DNA of 64,000 nucleotides from Verrucomicrobiota bacterium (GTDB lineage Bacteria; Verrucomicrobiota; Verrucomicrobiia; Chthoniobacterales; UBA6821): NCBI GenBank assembly GCA_021413925.1, contig JAIOPL010000013.1, positions 77,888 to 141,887 of the forward strand, read 5' to 3'. Shown piece by piece: positions 21,217 to 28,624 of this stretch (position 1 is its first letter; each line of letters starts with the position of its first letter). The notes under the pieces were generated by a model. It saw only the letters and a program-made list of their open reading frames with translations, ran no database searches and was not told where the DNA came from. The position numbers and the translations under genes were made by a program.

Positions 21217-21504
21217 CTATTGCTCCTCGTTACAGGCGCGGCGATCCGGCGCGGAGCTGAACATGGAGACGCCCCCGAGCGGGTTGGGTTGGACGTGGAT
21301 GACTTCACGGTCGGTGAAGATGACCGCGCTGCCATGACCATCCGTCGAAACGGTGGCGAGTTGGGCGTTGTTCCGGATCATCTGCTGTCGGGGAATCCCG
21401 TCAGCGGGTGTGGCAATTGCCTGGTTGACGGCGATCGTGGTTGTGAGATCACCGGCCTGCAGGGGCGCGGCGGCTAATAAGCCAACGAGGAATAGTGTTT
21501 TCAT
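21217..21504 (-). CDS. Small secreted hypothetical protein
   Basis: 95 aa with an ATG start and a signal-peptide-like N-terminus MKTLFLVGLLAAAPLQAG. No recognisable domain. Confidence 0.45.
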   Translation of the reverse strand: MKTLFLVGLLAAAPLQAGDLTTTIAVNQAIATPADGIPRQQMIRNNAQLATVSTDGHGSAVIFTDREVIHVQPNPLGGVSMFSSAPDRRACNEEQ

Positions 21505-21544
21505 AGGAACACCATCCTAGCAACTCCACCAGACACCAAGTGTC

Positions 21545-21922
21545 CTAGGCTTCCAGAAACTTTCGGAAAGAATCGACCTCTTCATTCGAGGCCACGCCGG
21601 CAACGATGTGTCCTGCAAGGCTTCGGAGCAGTATCGTTTGATCTTCTTCAAGCCCGAGATTCGAGATCACGTCACGGATGATGGCAGTGAAGGTGTTACC
21701 ATTGTAAAAGCAGAATGGGGCCAGACGATGGCACTGCCTGCAGATTTCTACCGCTTCATCTAGACGCATCGCTGCAAGGTGCCTGCTTTCCCAAAGTGCC
21801 TTTGCCGGTTCGTGCCCGTCCGAGGTCGGTTTGTGAAGGGCGCTTTTGGCCTGACACAAAACGGCATTCTGCGCTGTGACAAAATCCCAAGAATACGGCG
21901 CAAGCCACGCCTTCTCATTCAT
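21545..21922 (-). CDS. Doc/Fic-fold-like protein with degenerate active-site motif
   Basis: 125 aa (phage P1 Doc is 126 aa). The segment CHRLAPFCFYNGNTFTAIIRDVISNLGL (aa 64-91) aligns by eye with the Doc core GHIFNDANKRTALNSALLFLRRNGV, but the catalytic His and the K/R positions are replaced (A68, T78/F79). The start overlaps the upstream ORF stop (ATGA). Confidence 0.35.
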   Translation of the reverse strand: MNEKAWLAPYSWDFVTAQNAVLCQAKSALHKPTSDGHEPAKALWESRHLAAMRLDEAVEICRQCHRLAPFCFYNGNTFTAIIRDVISNLGLEEDQTILLRSLAGHIVAGVASNEEVDSFRKFLEA

Positions 21923-22137
21923 GACTTACTGCGTTCGCGGGCAACTTTGGCGATAGCAATTTCCTTTACCCCAGCACTCTTGAGAAATCCTTTGCCTGTC
22001 TTGGCATACACGGGCTCTGCGGAGAAGCGATCCTGAATGGACAAGGCATCCCGCATTACCCGAAGGAAAACAGGATTGTTGGCAAGCTTGGGATCCAAGG
22101 TACTACCCATAGTAGACGAGTAGTGCGGCAAGACCAA
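21919..22137 (-). CDS. Small ORF translationally coupled to the Doc-like gene (antitoxin-sized); possibly the 3' part of a frameshifted larger gene
   Basis: 72 codons from a TTG start (63 from the first ATG). There is a 4-nt overlap with the downstream gene. The ORF overlaps out-of-frame ORF 22056-22319, and the two frames could be joined by a 1-nt change in the A5/T5 run at 22136-22140. Confidence 0.35.
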   Translation of the reverse strand: MVLPHYSSTMGSTLDPKLANNPVFLRVMRDALSIQDRFSAEPVYAKTGKGFLKSAGVKEIAIAKVARERSKS

Positions 22138-22330
22138 AAACGCAAGTGTCTCAACTCGATGCCTTCTTCAACCTGCACCGCCAGCATCGCTCCAAGGTCT
22201 TTGACTGCGGCCTCCTGCTTGGGATCCAGTAGCTGGCCGTCGGGGCCGAAGGCCTGATAAGCGGAGGGGATGACGATCTGATCAGGAAGCAGGTTGATGC
22301 CGAGATTACCGAGGAGCATCCGCAGGGGAA

Positions 22331-22444
22331 CTAGACCGCGCAGTCCTCCTCAACGAAAGCGGCTCCGAGGCCAGGACTTCTGGACTCGTACCAATCAATC
22401 ACCTCCGAGGCGTCATCCCTGAATTCGGGACGAAAAACCAGCAG
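22331..22444 (-). pseudogene. Truncated ParE/RelE-family toxin remnant
   Basis: Manual translation immediately after the antitoxin stop gives LLVFRPEFRDDASEVIDWYESRSPGLGAAFVEEDCAV*. This matches the typical ParE N-terminus (xxVxFxPEAxxDLxEIxxYIxxxSPxxAxRF), but it has no ATG/GTG start and stops after 37 codons. Confidence 0.55.
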
Positions 22445-22449
22445 CCAAC

Positions 22450-22662
22450 TTACAGGCCGACAAGCGACCTGAGGTGTTGCTTCATTTTGGCAAAGGGCAC
22501 GGAGGATTCGGGAGATGCGCGGTGTGCATCAAGCCGCTGAAGAAGAGAATCTTGTGCTTCGCTCAGACCCTGATCGTCTAATTGGATAGCACGAGCGACA
22601 AGCTCCTGATGCTGAGCAAGCGAAAGGGCCGGCAATTCTTCAAGGACTTCAGCAAAGCTCAT
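22450..22662 (-). CDS. Addiction-module antitoxin (putative 'addiction module component' type usually paired with ParE/RelE)
   Basis: 70 aa with an ATG start. MSFAEVLEELPALSLAQHQELVARAIQLDD...LLQRLDAHRASPESSVPFAKMKQHL matches the helical pattern of this small antitoxin family. It sits directly upstream of the ParE remnant. Confidence 0.65.
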   Translation of the reverse strand: MSFAEVLEELPALSLAQHQELVARAIQLDDQGLSEAQDSLLQRLDAHRASPESSVPFAKMKQHLRSLVGL

Positions 22663-22809
22663 AGAAGTAACCCCTACGGCTGGAGGTAATCGAAATCAAC
22701 AAAACAGTGGATACCACTCAATACCTACCTCTTCCCCCTGGCCCTAACAGTCAAAAAGCCTTCAGCCTATCTACCTCGATCCGTCCCACATTCCCAATGG
22801 ACGGATCTG

Positions 22810-23208
22810 CTACTGCGGCACCATAGACCCGAGTACCGAACCCCAACCCTGATCCCAGATGTTGGCGATTCCCTTGGTGATCTTGTCGGTCTTCTTACCT
22901 GGCTCGACCTCCTTGGCATAGAGGATCTCCTGGTACTGCGCGTACTCGGCTTCGCCACCAACGAGTAGGAGGTTTTTCGATGGATCAGCCAGCATATAAA
23001 GGGTTTGGCCGTTCTTCTCTTCGTGGCGGATATGTCCGGGAGGTAACGATTGGAAGTGGGCGATCTGGGCAGGCGTCTGCGGCTTCACAGCACGGAAGCC
23101 AGCTTGAGTAAGGAAGGTCTCCTTCTTTTGCAGATGGGTGGCGCATCCGGAGAGAAATAGCGCGAGGGAGAGGCCACAGAGGGCAAGATGTCGGAGGTAA
23201 CGGTTCAT
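22810..23208 (-). CDS. Lipoprotein of unknown function (paralog 1)
   Basis: 132 aa. Lipobox LFLSGC. Shares HLQ(K/Q)KE(T/N)FL..AGF.AV.P.TP.QI...Q.L.PG.I......G.TL...DP.KNLLLVG....Y..YQ.ILY.K with the next gene. Confidence 0.7.
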   Translation of the reverse strand: MNRYLRHLALCGLSLALFLSGCATHLQKKETFLTQAGFRAVKPQTPAQIAHFQSLPPGHIRHEEKNGQTLYMLADPSKNLLLVGGEAEYAQYQEILYAKEVEPGKKTDKITKGIANIWDQGWGSVLGSMVPQ

Positions 23209-23257
23209 GCGAAGAGTATGGTTAGAGGATCAAGCAGGAGAGGCGAGGATAAGGCTT

Positions 23258-23659
23258 TTAGTAAAACATGGGACCGAAGAAGGGATCCATCATTCCACCC
23301 CATCCGGCATAGTCGTCCGCCAGAAGTTTATCTTCCTTGTCGGCGGCCCGATCAGGAATGACGACCTTGGAATAGAGGATGTGCTGGTAACGCTCAAACT
23401 GGGGATTAGCACCAACAAGTAGGAGATTCTTGCGAGGGTCTGAGTAGACGAACAGTGTGTGTCCCTTGCGGGTCATCTGCGTGATCTTGCCAGGAGTGAG
23501 GGCCTGGACTTTGGTAATCTGGGAGGGCGTTGTCGGCCTTACGGCTAAGAACCCAGCTTCGCGCAGGAAGTTCTCCTTCTGCTGCAAGTGGGAGGTGCAG
23601 GCTGGGAGAAGAAGGAGCGGAAGAATGAGGATAGAGAGGAGTGGGAGAAGTCGGTTCAT
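23258..23659 (-). CDS. Lipoprotein of unknown function (paralog 2)
   Basis: 133 aa. Signal peptide plus lipobox LLLPAC. Tandem paralog of 22810-23208. Confidence 0.7.
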   Translation of the reverse strand: MNRLLPLLSILILPLLLLPACTSHLQQKENFLREAGFLAVRPTTPSQITKVQALTPGKITQMTRKGHTLFVYSDPRKNLLLVGANPQFERYQHILYSKVVIPDRAADKEDKLLADDYAGWGGMMDPFFGPMFY

Positions 23660-23777
23660 GAGGAGCGGATCCCCTTGTAGGCCGGGATCCTATGAGAGTC
23701 CAAGAAAACATGCGGCAGAAGGCATGCGCCGATGGATTAAAACTCGGTTCTGCGCGCCAAGCTGGCATGATCCTGCG

Positions 23778-25520
23778 ATGAAATCCGATCAGGACCTCTA
23801 CAAGCAACTGCGGGATCTGCCCAAGGAGGAGCTGTGGGCTCGTGAAGTGCCCCGCTTCGATGCGGCACAGGCCCGTGAGCGGCTGGAGCGCGTGGCTGTG
23901 ATCCGAGCGGTCGGGATGATCTTTTCCCGATTCGGGACGGATGAGGAACAGGCAGTAGTTCGAGCTTGGCTGATCAACTTGCTGAAGGATCCTCAGGAAA
24001 AGATCCGCCGCTATGCCCTGGCTGCGCTGCCCAAGATCGGCGCGGGCGAGGTCGGCGAACGCGAGATACTGGCACTGCTCAAGTCCGGCATTAAGGATAA
24101 GGAGGGGCGGGAAGCCCGTTATCTCGGACGCGCCCTGGAGAAGGTCGGCGGCGAGGCAACGCTGGCTCTGATCGAGGAAGGGATAGAACTGCCGGCGATG
24201 ACGGTTCAGAAGGTGAAGGCAGGTGTTTCGCGCAAGGAGGATGCCGGAGGCGTTCTTCTCGACGCCCTGCTTCCCCTGCGTCATGGGGACGCTGACATGA
24301 GGGTGCTGCTACGCTGCCGCCGCGGTCTGGAGGATTTCGTCCGCGATGAGGCGGCTGAAAAGCTCTCCACAATGCAGTGGCTGATCGAATCGACCAAGCC
24401 CGGCTGCGTCACACTCAAGCCACTGAAGGAGTTCAAACTGGCTTCTCTTTACCAGCTCCGCTGCTTTGCCACGGTGGCTTTTCCCCTCGGAACAGTAAGC
24501 GGAGAGGAGGGGCCTAAGTGGGTAGAGCCGCTAGCCCGCTGCATCGCCTCTGAGCGAGCCCGTGATCTCATGCTCAGCGGCACAGAGAATGCACCGCGCT
24601 ATCGATTGGAATTTGCGGGAGGCGGCCATCAGCGGGGTGCCATCCGTCAGGTGATCGATCGTGCCTACGCCCTCTGCCCCGAGATCCTGAATGATGCCCG
24701 GCAGGCTCCCTGGTCGATCGACGTGCTGGCTGCCAACCGGGGTGAATCTTCTGTAGAGCTGCGACCACGGCTCTATCCCGACCCGCGTCTGGGCTACAGA
24801 CAGGACGACATCGCGGCCGCCTCGCATCCACCGCTGGCGGCCTGTATGGCGAGTCTAGCTGGATTTTGCGATGACGAGGTGATCTGGGATCCCTTCTGCG
24901 GTTCGGGGCTTGAGCTTATCGAGCGGGGACTGCTGGGCGGAGTGACAGCTGTTCACGGTACGGATCTGGATCCCAAGGCGATCGAGGTGGCCCGGGCCAA
25001 TTTTGAAGCGGCAAAGATCGAGGGAATGGAAACGTCCATTACAAGTTCGTTCACGGAGTGTGATTTCAGAAATGCAGCCATTGCTCCCGGAAGCATTTCG
25101 CTGATCATCACGAATCCCCCACTAGGTCGGCGCGTCCGCATCAAGGATATGCAGGGGCTCTTTGCGGATCTCTATGCAGCCGCATCCCGAGCGCTCCGCC
25201 CCGGAGGGAGGCTGGTCCTGGTGAATCCCTTGCGTACCCAACCCGAGGATCCGACCCTGTATCGGGAATACCAGCAGACGGTTGATCTCGGGGGATTCAA
25301 CTGCCGTCTGGAAATGTACCGGAAGGTCGAAGCTGGAAAAATGGGGAAATCTTTTAGAAATTCTTCCAAGCGTCAGCCCGCAAAGAAAAATCCGGACAGT
25401 TCGAAGCTCAAGTTCAAGAACGAGCCTGATGAAAAGAAGGCGCCCGCTCCGGCGCCTGCTTGGTGGAGTAAAGGGGGTCACTCCAACAGCCGCGAGACAC
25501 GGCGACGCGCCCGGATCTAA
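23778..25520 (+). CDS. HEAT-repeat + THUMP-like + class I SAM-dependent (N6-adenine/N2-guanine type) RNA methyltransferase, Lys-rich tail
   Basis: Track ORF 23457-25520 trimmed to ATG 23778 (MKSDQDLYKQL). HEAT-like repeats (LLKDPQEKIRRYALAALPKIG). Methyltransferase motifs WDPFCGSGLELIERG (motif I) and LIITNPPLGRR (motif IV, NPPY-type). Basic K/R-rich C-terminal ~70 aa. Confidence 0.7.
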   Translation: MKSDQDLYKQLRDLPKEELWAREVPRFDAAQARERLERVAVIRAVGMIFSRFGTDEEQAVVRAWLINLLKDPQEKIRRYALAALPKIGAGEVGEREILALLKSGIKDKEGREARYLGRALEKVGGEATLALIEEGIELPAMTVQKVKAGVSRKEDAGGVLLDALLPLRHGDADMRVLLRCRRGLEDFVRDEAAEKLSTMQWLIESTKPGCVTLKPLKEFKLASLYQLRCFATVAFPLGTVSGEEGPKWVEPLARCIASERARDLMLSGTENAPRYRLEFAGGGHQRGAIRQVIDRAYALCPEILNDARQAPWSIDVLAANRGESSVELRPRLYPDPRLGYRQDDIAAASHPPLAACMASLAGFCDDEVIWDPFCGSGLELIERGLLGGVTAVHGTDLDPKAIEVARANFEAAKIEGMETSITSSFTECDFRNAAIAPGSISLIITNPPLGRRVRIKDMQGLFADLYAAASRALRPGGRLVLVNPLRTQPEDPTLYREYQQTVDLGGFNCRLEMYRKVEAGKMGKSFRNSSKRQPAKKNPDSSKLKFKNEPDEKKAPAPAPAWWSKGGHSNSRETRRRARI

Positions 25521-25539
25521 GCAGATAAGCCGACAGCAC

Positions 25540-26325
25540 ATGGAAAAGTCGTTGGAAAAGACCTTAGAAAAGCCTTTGGAGAAGTCCTTTGAGGAGCTTG
25601 ATTACTGCGAGACACCGCTGGGTGAGCTGATTCTGCGGAGGCGCAAGATTCCGATGCTGGAGAACCAGATTGTCCACGAGATCATACTCAACGGGGAGTT
25701 CCTGATGAGTAGTCTCTTTTATGTGGTCGAGGAGGCACTGGCCGATCTCGGCCTGGCTGCCGTGGAGGTCCCGGAGGGGGTTCTCATGGATGTGGTCGTC
25801 GGAGGGTTGGGGCTTGGTTATACGGCGGCAGCAGCTCTGAGAAATGTGAGGAATGGGAATCCGAGCGTGGGATCCCTCAGCATCATTGATTATCTGGAGC
25901 CGGTGATCCGGTGGCATCAGAGCGGTAAGGTACCGCTCGGCACAGGGCTCTCCGCCGATCCGCGGACACGCTATGTGGAGGGAGATTTCTTTGCACTCGC
26001 GGAGAACCCGCAGACAGGATTCCATGCGGAATCCCCGGGAGCGAGATTCCATGCGGTTCTCCTGGACATCGATCACACGCCCCAGCATTGGCTCAATCCA
26101 CGCCACGCCTCTTTCTACACCGTGGAGGGATTGCAGACGTTGAGAGGGCATCTGCATCCGGGTGGGGTCTTCGCCATGTGGTCGGACGAGTCGCCGGACG
26201 AAGAGTTCTGCTCCAGACTCCGGGAGGTCTTCGCGCGGGTGGAGGCTCCGGTGGTGAGCTTTCCAAACCCCATCCGCGGAGGAGAATCCACCGGAACCGT
26301 CTATGTTGCGGTGAGAGGACGCTGA
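25540..26325 (+). CDS. Spermidine-synthase-like (SpeE-fold) methyltransferase-family protein
   Basis: Trimmed to ATG 25540 (MEKSLEKTLEKPLEKSFEEL). Carries VVVGGLGLGYTAAAAL, FHAVLLDIDHTPQHW and GGVFAMWS, typical of the spermine/spermidine-synthase-like fold. Confidence 0.65.
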   Translation: MEKSLEKTLEKPLEKSFEELDYCETPLGELILRRRKIPMLENQIVHEIILNGEFLMSSLFYVVEEALADLGLAAVEVPEGVLMDVVVGGLGLGYTAAAALRNVRNGNPSVGSLSIIDYLEPVIRWHQSGKVPLGTGLSADPRTRYVEGDFFALAENPQTGFHAESPGARFHAVLLDIDHTPQHWLNPRHASFYTVEGLQTLRGHLHPGGVFAMWSDESPDEEFCSRLREVFARVEAPVVSFPNPIRGGESTGTVYVAVRGR

Positions 26326-26390
26326 GGCATCCTCTAGTTCATCAGCCAGTTTCTGGCACGATCACTTGGGCGTCGATAAATACAAGGACT

Positions 26391-26524
26391 CGCGCAGAGG
26401 CGCAGAGACGCAGAGAAAAAACAAAGCATTAGGAAATGCGCAGATGGTAACCATGACTCAACCCAAGGCAGCCTAAAGATCCTTACCTAAGAGGCTTAAA
26501 ACTCTGCGTCTCTGCGCCTCAGCG
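26391..26524. repeat. MITE-like element: inverted (GCGCAGAG)x3 octamer arrays around an 86-nt core (copy A)
   Basis: GAGGCGCAGAGACGCAGAG (26397-26415) is the perfect reverse complement of CTCTGCGTCTCTGCGCCTC (26502-26520). Each arm is a tandem run of 8-mers. Confidence 0.85.
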
Positions 26525-26542
26525 GGAGACTTATTTTGCGAC

Positions 26543-27568
26543 TTATTTTTTCTGCAGTTCAGCAAAAGCCGCCAAGGTTTCCTCGACCGTGATGTCGGCG
26601 ACGCTTTGGGAAGATTTCTGGAGCGCGATGTAGGGTACACCCCAAGGATGCCACTCCGGCACAAAGCTGGTGCCGAAGAAGCAGACAATCGGTTTATTCA
26701 AGGCAGCGGCGACATGCATCGCTCCGCCATCGCTGCAGATCATTTGATCAGCGAGGGAAACGGCGGCAACCAGCTCCTTGATTGTTGCGGTGGGACAGGA
26801 AAAGACCGGCAGACCGTCAAGTCGGGCCTGGATGCGTCCTGCCTTTTCGTCATCACCGGGATGCATGGCGTCGTCCTCGGCACCTGGTGACCAGAACAGC
26901 AGGATCTGGTTGTCCCCAGAGGCGGTCAAGGCCTTGGCAAGTTCGATGAATGATTCCTCAGGCCACCGCTGGAGAGGATTTCGAGAGCTGAGGTGAAGTG
27001 CCATGGAGGCCTTCTCCGGGTTCCATCCCAAGGCTTTCAGACGCTTGCTTTCTCTAACGACCAAGGCCGCATCTGGAAAGAGCTTCGTGCCACCCAGTGA
27101 CTCTTCAATACCGAGTAGGGCTCCCAGCCTTCCCATCTTGGAAACCTCATGCTCCTCGAGGCCGTTGTGATCCGGAGCCAGAACATCGGGCTGACGATGG
27201 GCCGGCTCCCCGGGCTCGCGAAACCCGATCAGTTGTTTCCCGCCGAGCGTGTGGGCGTAGCGCCAGCCTCCGTTTGCCAGGATGATATGATCGAAGCGGC
27301 GCTTACGAATCGTGCGGAGAAGTAGCCAGCGGTTCCAGAGCATCCCCAGCCGCCCGTATCCATGGCTCTTTTGATTCTTCTTCAGGAAGACAAAGACCTC
27401 ATCAACATCGGGATTTTCATCCAGAACATTCACATTGTAACTGCTGGCCAGAACCGAGATCCGGGCATCGGGATACTTTCTGCGCAGCCCATGAAGCAGG
27501 GGTGTGGTACAGATCAGATCACCGATGTTATCGCGCCGGATGACTAGGATCTGAAGGGGAGTGTTCAC
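26543..27568 (-). CDS. Glycosyltransferase family 9 (LPS heptosyltransferase-like), paralog 1
   Basis: 341 aa with a GTG start. ILVIRRDNIGDLICTTPLLHGLRRKYP and MICSDGGAMHVAAALNKPIVCFFG are typical GT9 motifs. Confidence 0.85.
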   Translation of the reverse strand: MNTPLQILVIRRDNIGDLICTTPLLHGLRRKYPDARISVLASSYNVNVLDENPDVDEVFVFLKKNQKSHGYGRLGMLWNRWLLLRTIRKRRFDHIILANGGWRYAHTLGGKQLIGFREPGEPAHRQPDVLAPDHNGLEEHEVSKMGRLGALLGIEESLGGTKLFPDAALVVRESKRLKALGWNPEKASMALHLSSRNPLQRWPEESFIELAKALTASGDNQILLFWSPGAEDDAMHPGDDEKAGRIQARLDGLPVFSCPTATIKELVAAVSLADQMICSDGGAMHVAAALNKPIVCFFGTSFVPEWHPWGVPYIALQKSSQSVADITVEETLAAFAELQKK

Positions 27569-27595
27569 GGACGCCGAAGGCGAGATTTAGCCAAA

Positions 27596-28117
27596 CTAGA
27601 CGCGGAAGTCTTTCACGAGTAAGGCCTCCAGATCCTCCATGGCGACCTTGAGTTCATCATGAAGAGGTGTCTGGTCGGCGCCCTTCGGAAGAGTGAGTGC
27701 ATTTGCCACACGATGGGCGAGCGAGCGGCTGGGATTCGTCTCGGCGATCTGACCCATGATAACCGTGACCTGTGATACCTTCTCACGAGCCGCGCGGATT
27801 TTTTCCAGCGCAACCTCCTCGGTGACTTCGCCCGCGAGAACCCCACGGAGCTGACGGCAATCAAAGGCCCTGCAGCGGGCCGGACGATCCTCGTAGATCA
27901 GGCAGGAGCATTTCCCCGACACTTCGCGATGGGCCGAGCAGGGCTGGAGGAAAAACTCGACCCCCTTCTGCTTGCGAATCTTCAGCCCCAGTGCAGAAAG
28001 TCTCCTGGGCTGGTCTCCCGCCTGGAGCTCGACCGTGTGAAAGAGCACTCCGTCACAGCACATGCCGCAGCTACTGCAGAGATCCTCTGTGCTCCGCGCG
28101 GCGGTCGTGTCACTCAT
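27596..28117 (-). CDS. YkgJ-family cysteine-cluster protein (UPF0153)
   Basis: 173 aa. CSSCGMCCDGVLF plus downstream C..C..C pattern (CSAHREVSGKCSCLIYEDRPARCRAFDC). Confidence 0.8.
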   Translation of the reverse strand: MSDTTAARSTEDLCSSCGMCCDGVLFHTVELQAGDQPRRLSALGLKIRKQKGVEFFLQPCSAHREVSGKCSCLIYEDRPARCRAFDCRQLRGVLAGEVTEEVALEKIRAAREKVSQVTVIMGQIAETNPSRSLAHRVANALTLPKGADQTPLHDELKVAMEDLEALLVKDFRV

Positions 28118-28156
28118 CCCTTATTTCCCCGGATATGAAGAGCGTCCTAAGAATGT

Positions 28157-28411
28157 TTAGGACTTGGCCTGAGATGCCAGAATCTCGCTGATCGCCTTCG
28201 CAAAATCGCCGAAGCCGGAGTCGGGGACGATCACGGTATTGCGTCGTCCTTGGTTCTCCTCGTTGATCCTCAGAAAGCGACCCCTGTCGTTTTCACGGAC
28301 TTCAAGACGGAAGAACTTCCGCTCCACCTGAAGCTCGCGGCTCTCGAGGACATTGTCTTGGGCATATTGGCGGTAGGCGCTCGAGTAGGCGGAGTTCTCT
28401 TCTTCGTACAT
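28157..28411 (-). CDS. PUR-alpha-like ssDNA/RNA-binding protein (DUF3276 type)
   Basis: The track ORF starts at a TTG (28450). The ATG at 28411 (MYEEENSAY) gives 84 aa. RELQVERKFFRLEVRENDRGRFLRINEE...NTVIVPDSGFGDF is the PUR-repeat pattern. Confidence 0.7.
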   Translation of the reverse strand: MYEEENSAYSSAYRQYAQDNVLESRELQVERKFFRLEVRENDRGRFLRINEENQGRRNTVIVPDSGFGDFAKAISEILASQAKS

Positions 28412-28480
28412 GGGGTGATCAGTTCTAAGATCGGCAACTCGGAAAATCAAACGGATTGTCAGAAGCGGTAATTATCCCGT

Positions 28481-28614
28481 AGAGGCGCAGAGGCGCAGAG
28501 AAAGAGAGGAACATGGAAATCTGAAATAAAGAGAGGGGGAAATCACGGCGTAGTTTTTTCGATCCTCAACGAATCTTCCACATCATTACCTCTGCGCCTT
28601 TGCGCCTTTGCGCG
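28481..28614. repeat. MITE-like element: inverted (GCGCAGAG)-type octamer arrays around an 88-nt core (copy B)
   Basis: The left arm is AGAGGCGCAGAGGCGCAGAG (28481-28500). The right arm is CCTCTGCGCCTTTGCGCCTTTGCGCG (28589-28614), an imperfect complement. GGAAAT and GATCCT sit at nearly the same core offsets as in copy A. Confidence 0.8.
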
Positions 28615-28624
28615 AGTCAATCGG

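Noticed and set aside
23406-24284. A 292-aa - strand ORF overlaps the lipoprotein gene end and the start of the methyltransferase gene.
   Set aside because: It is antisense to the HEAT/THUMP methyltransferase frame, has no motif, and has a P/S/R/L-rich shadow-ORF composition.
26391-28614. The short tandem arrays (octamer and heptamer repeats here and at 14052, 46920, 49016 and 59295) were considered as possible CRISPR arrays.
   Set aside because: The repeat units are 7-8 nt long and directly adjacent, with no unique spacers of 25-40 nt. No cas genes are present in the window.
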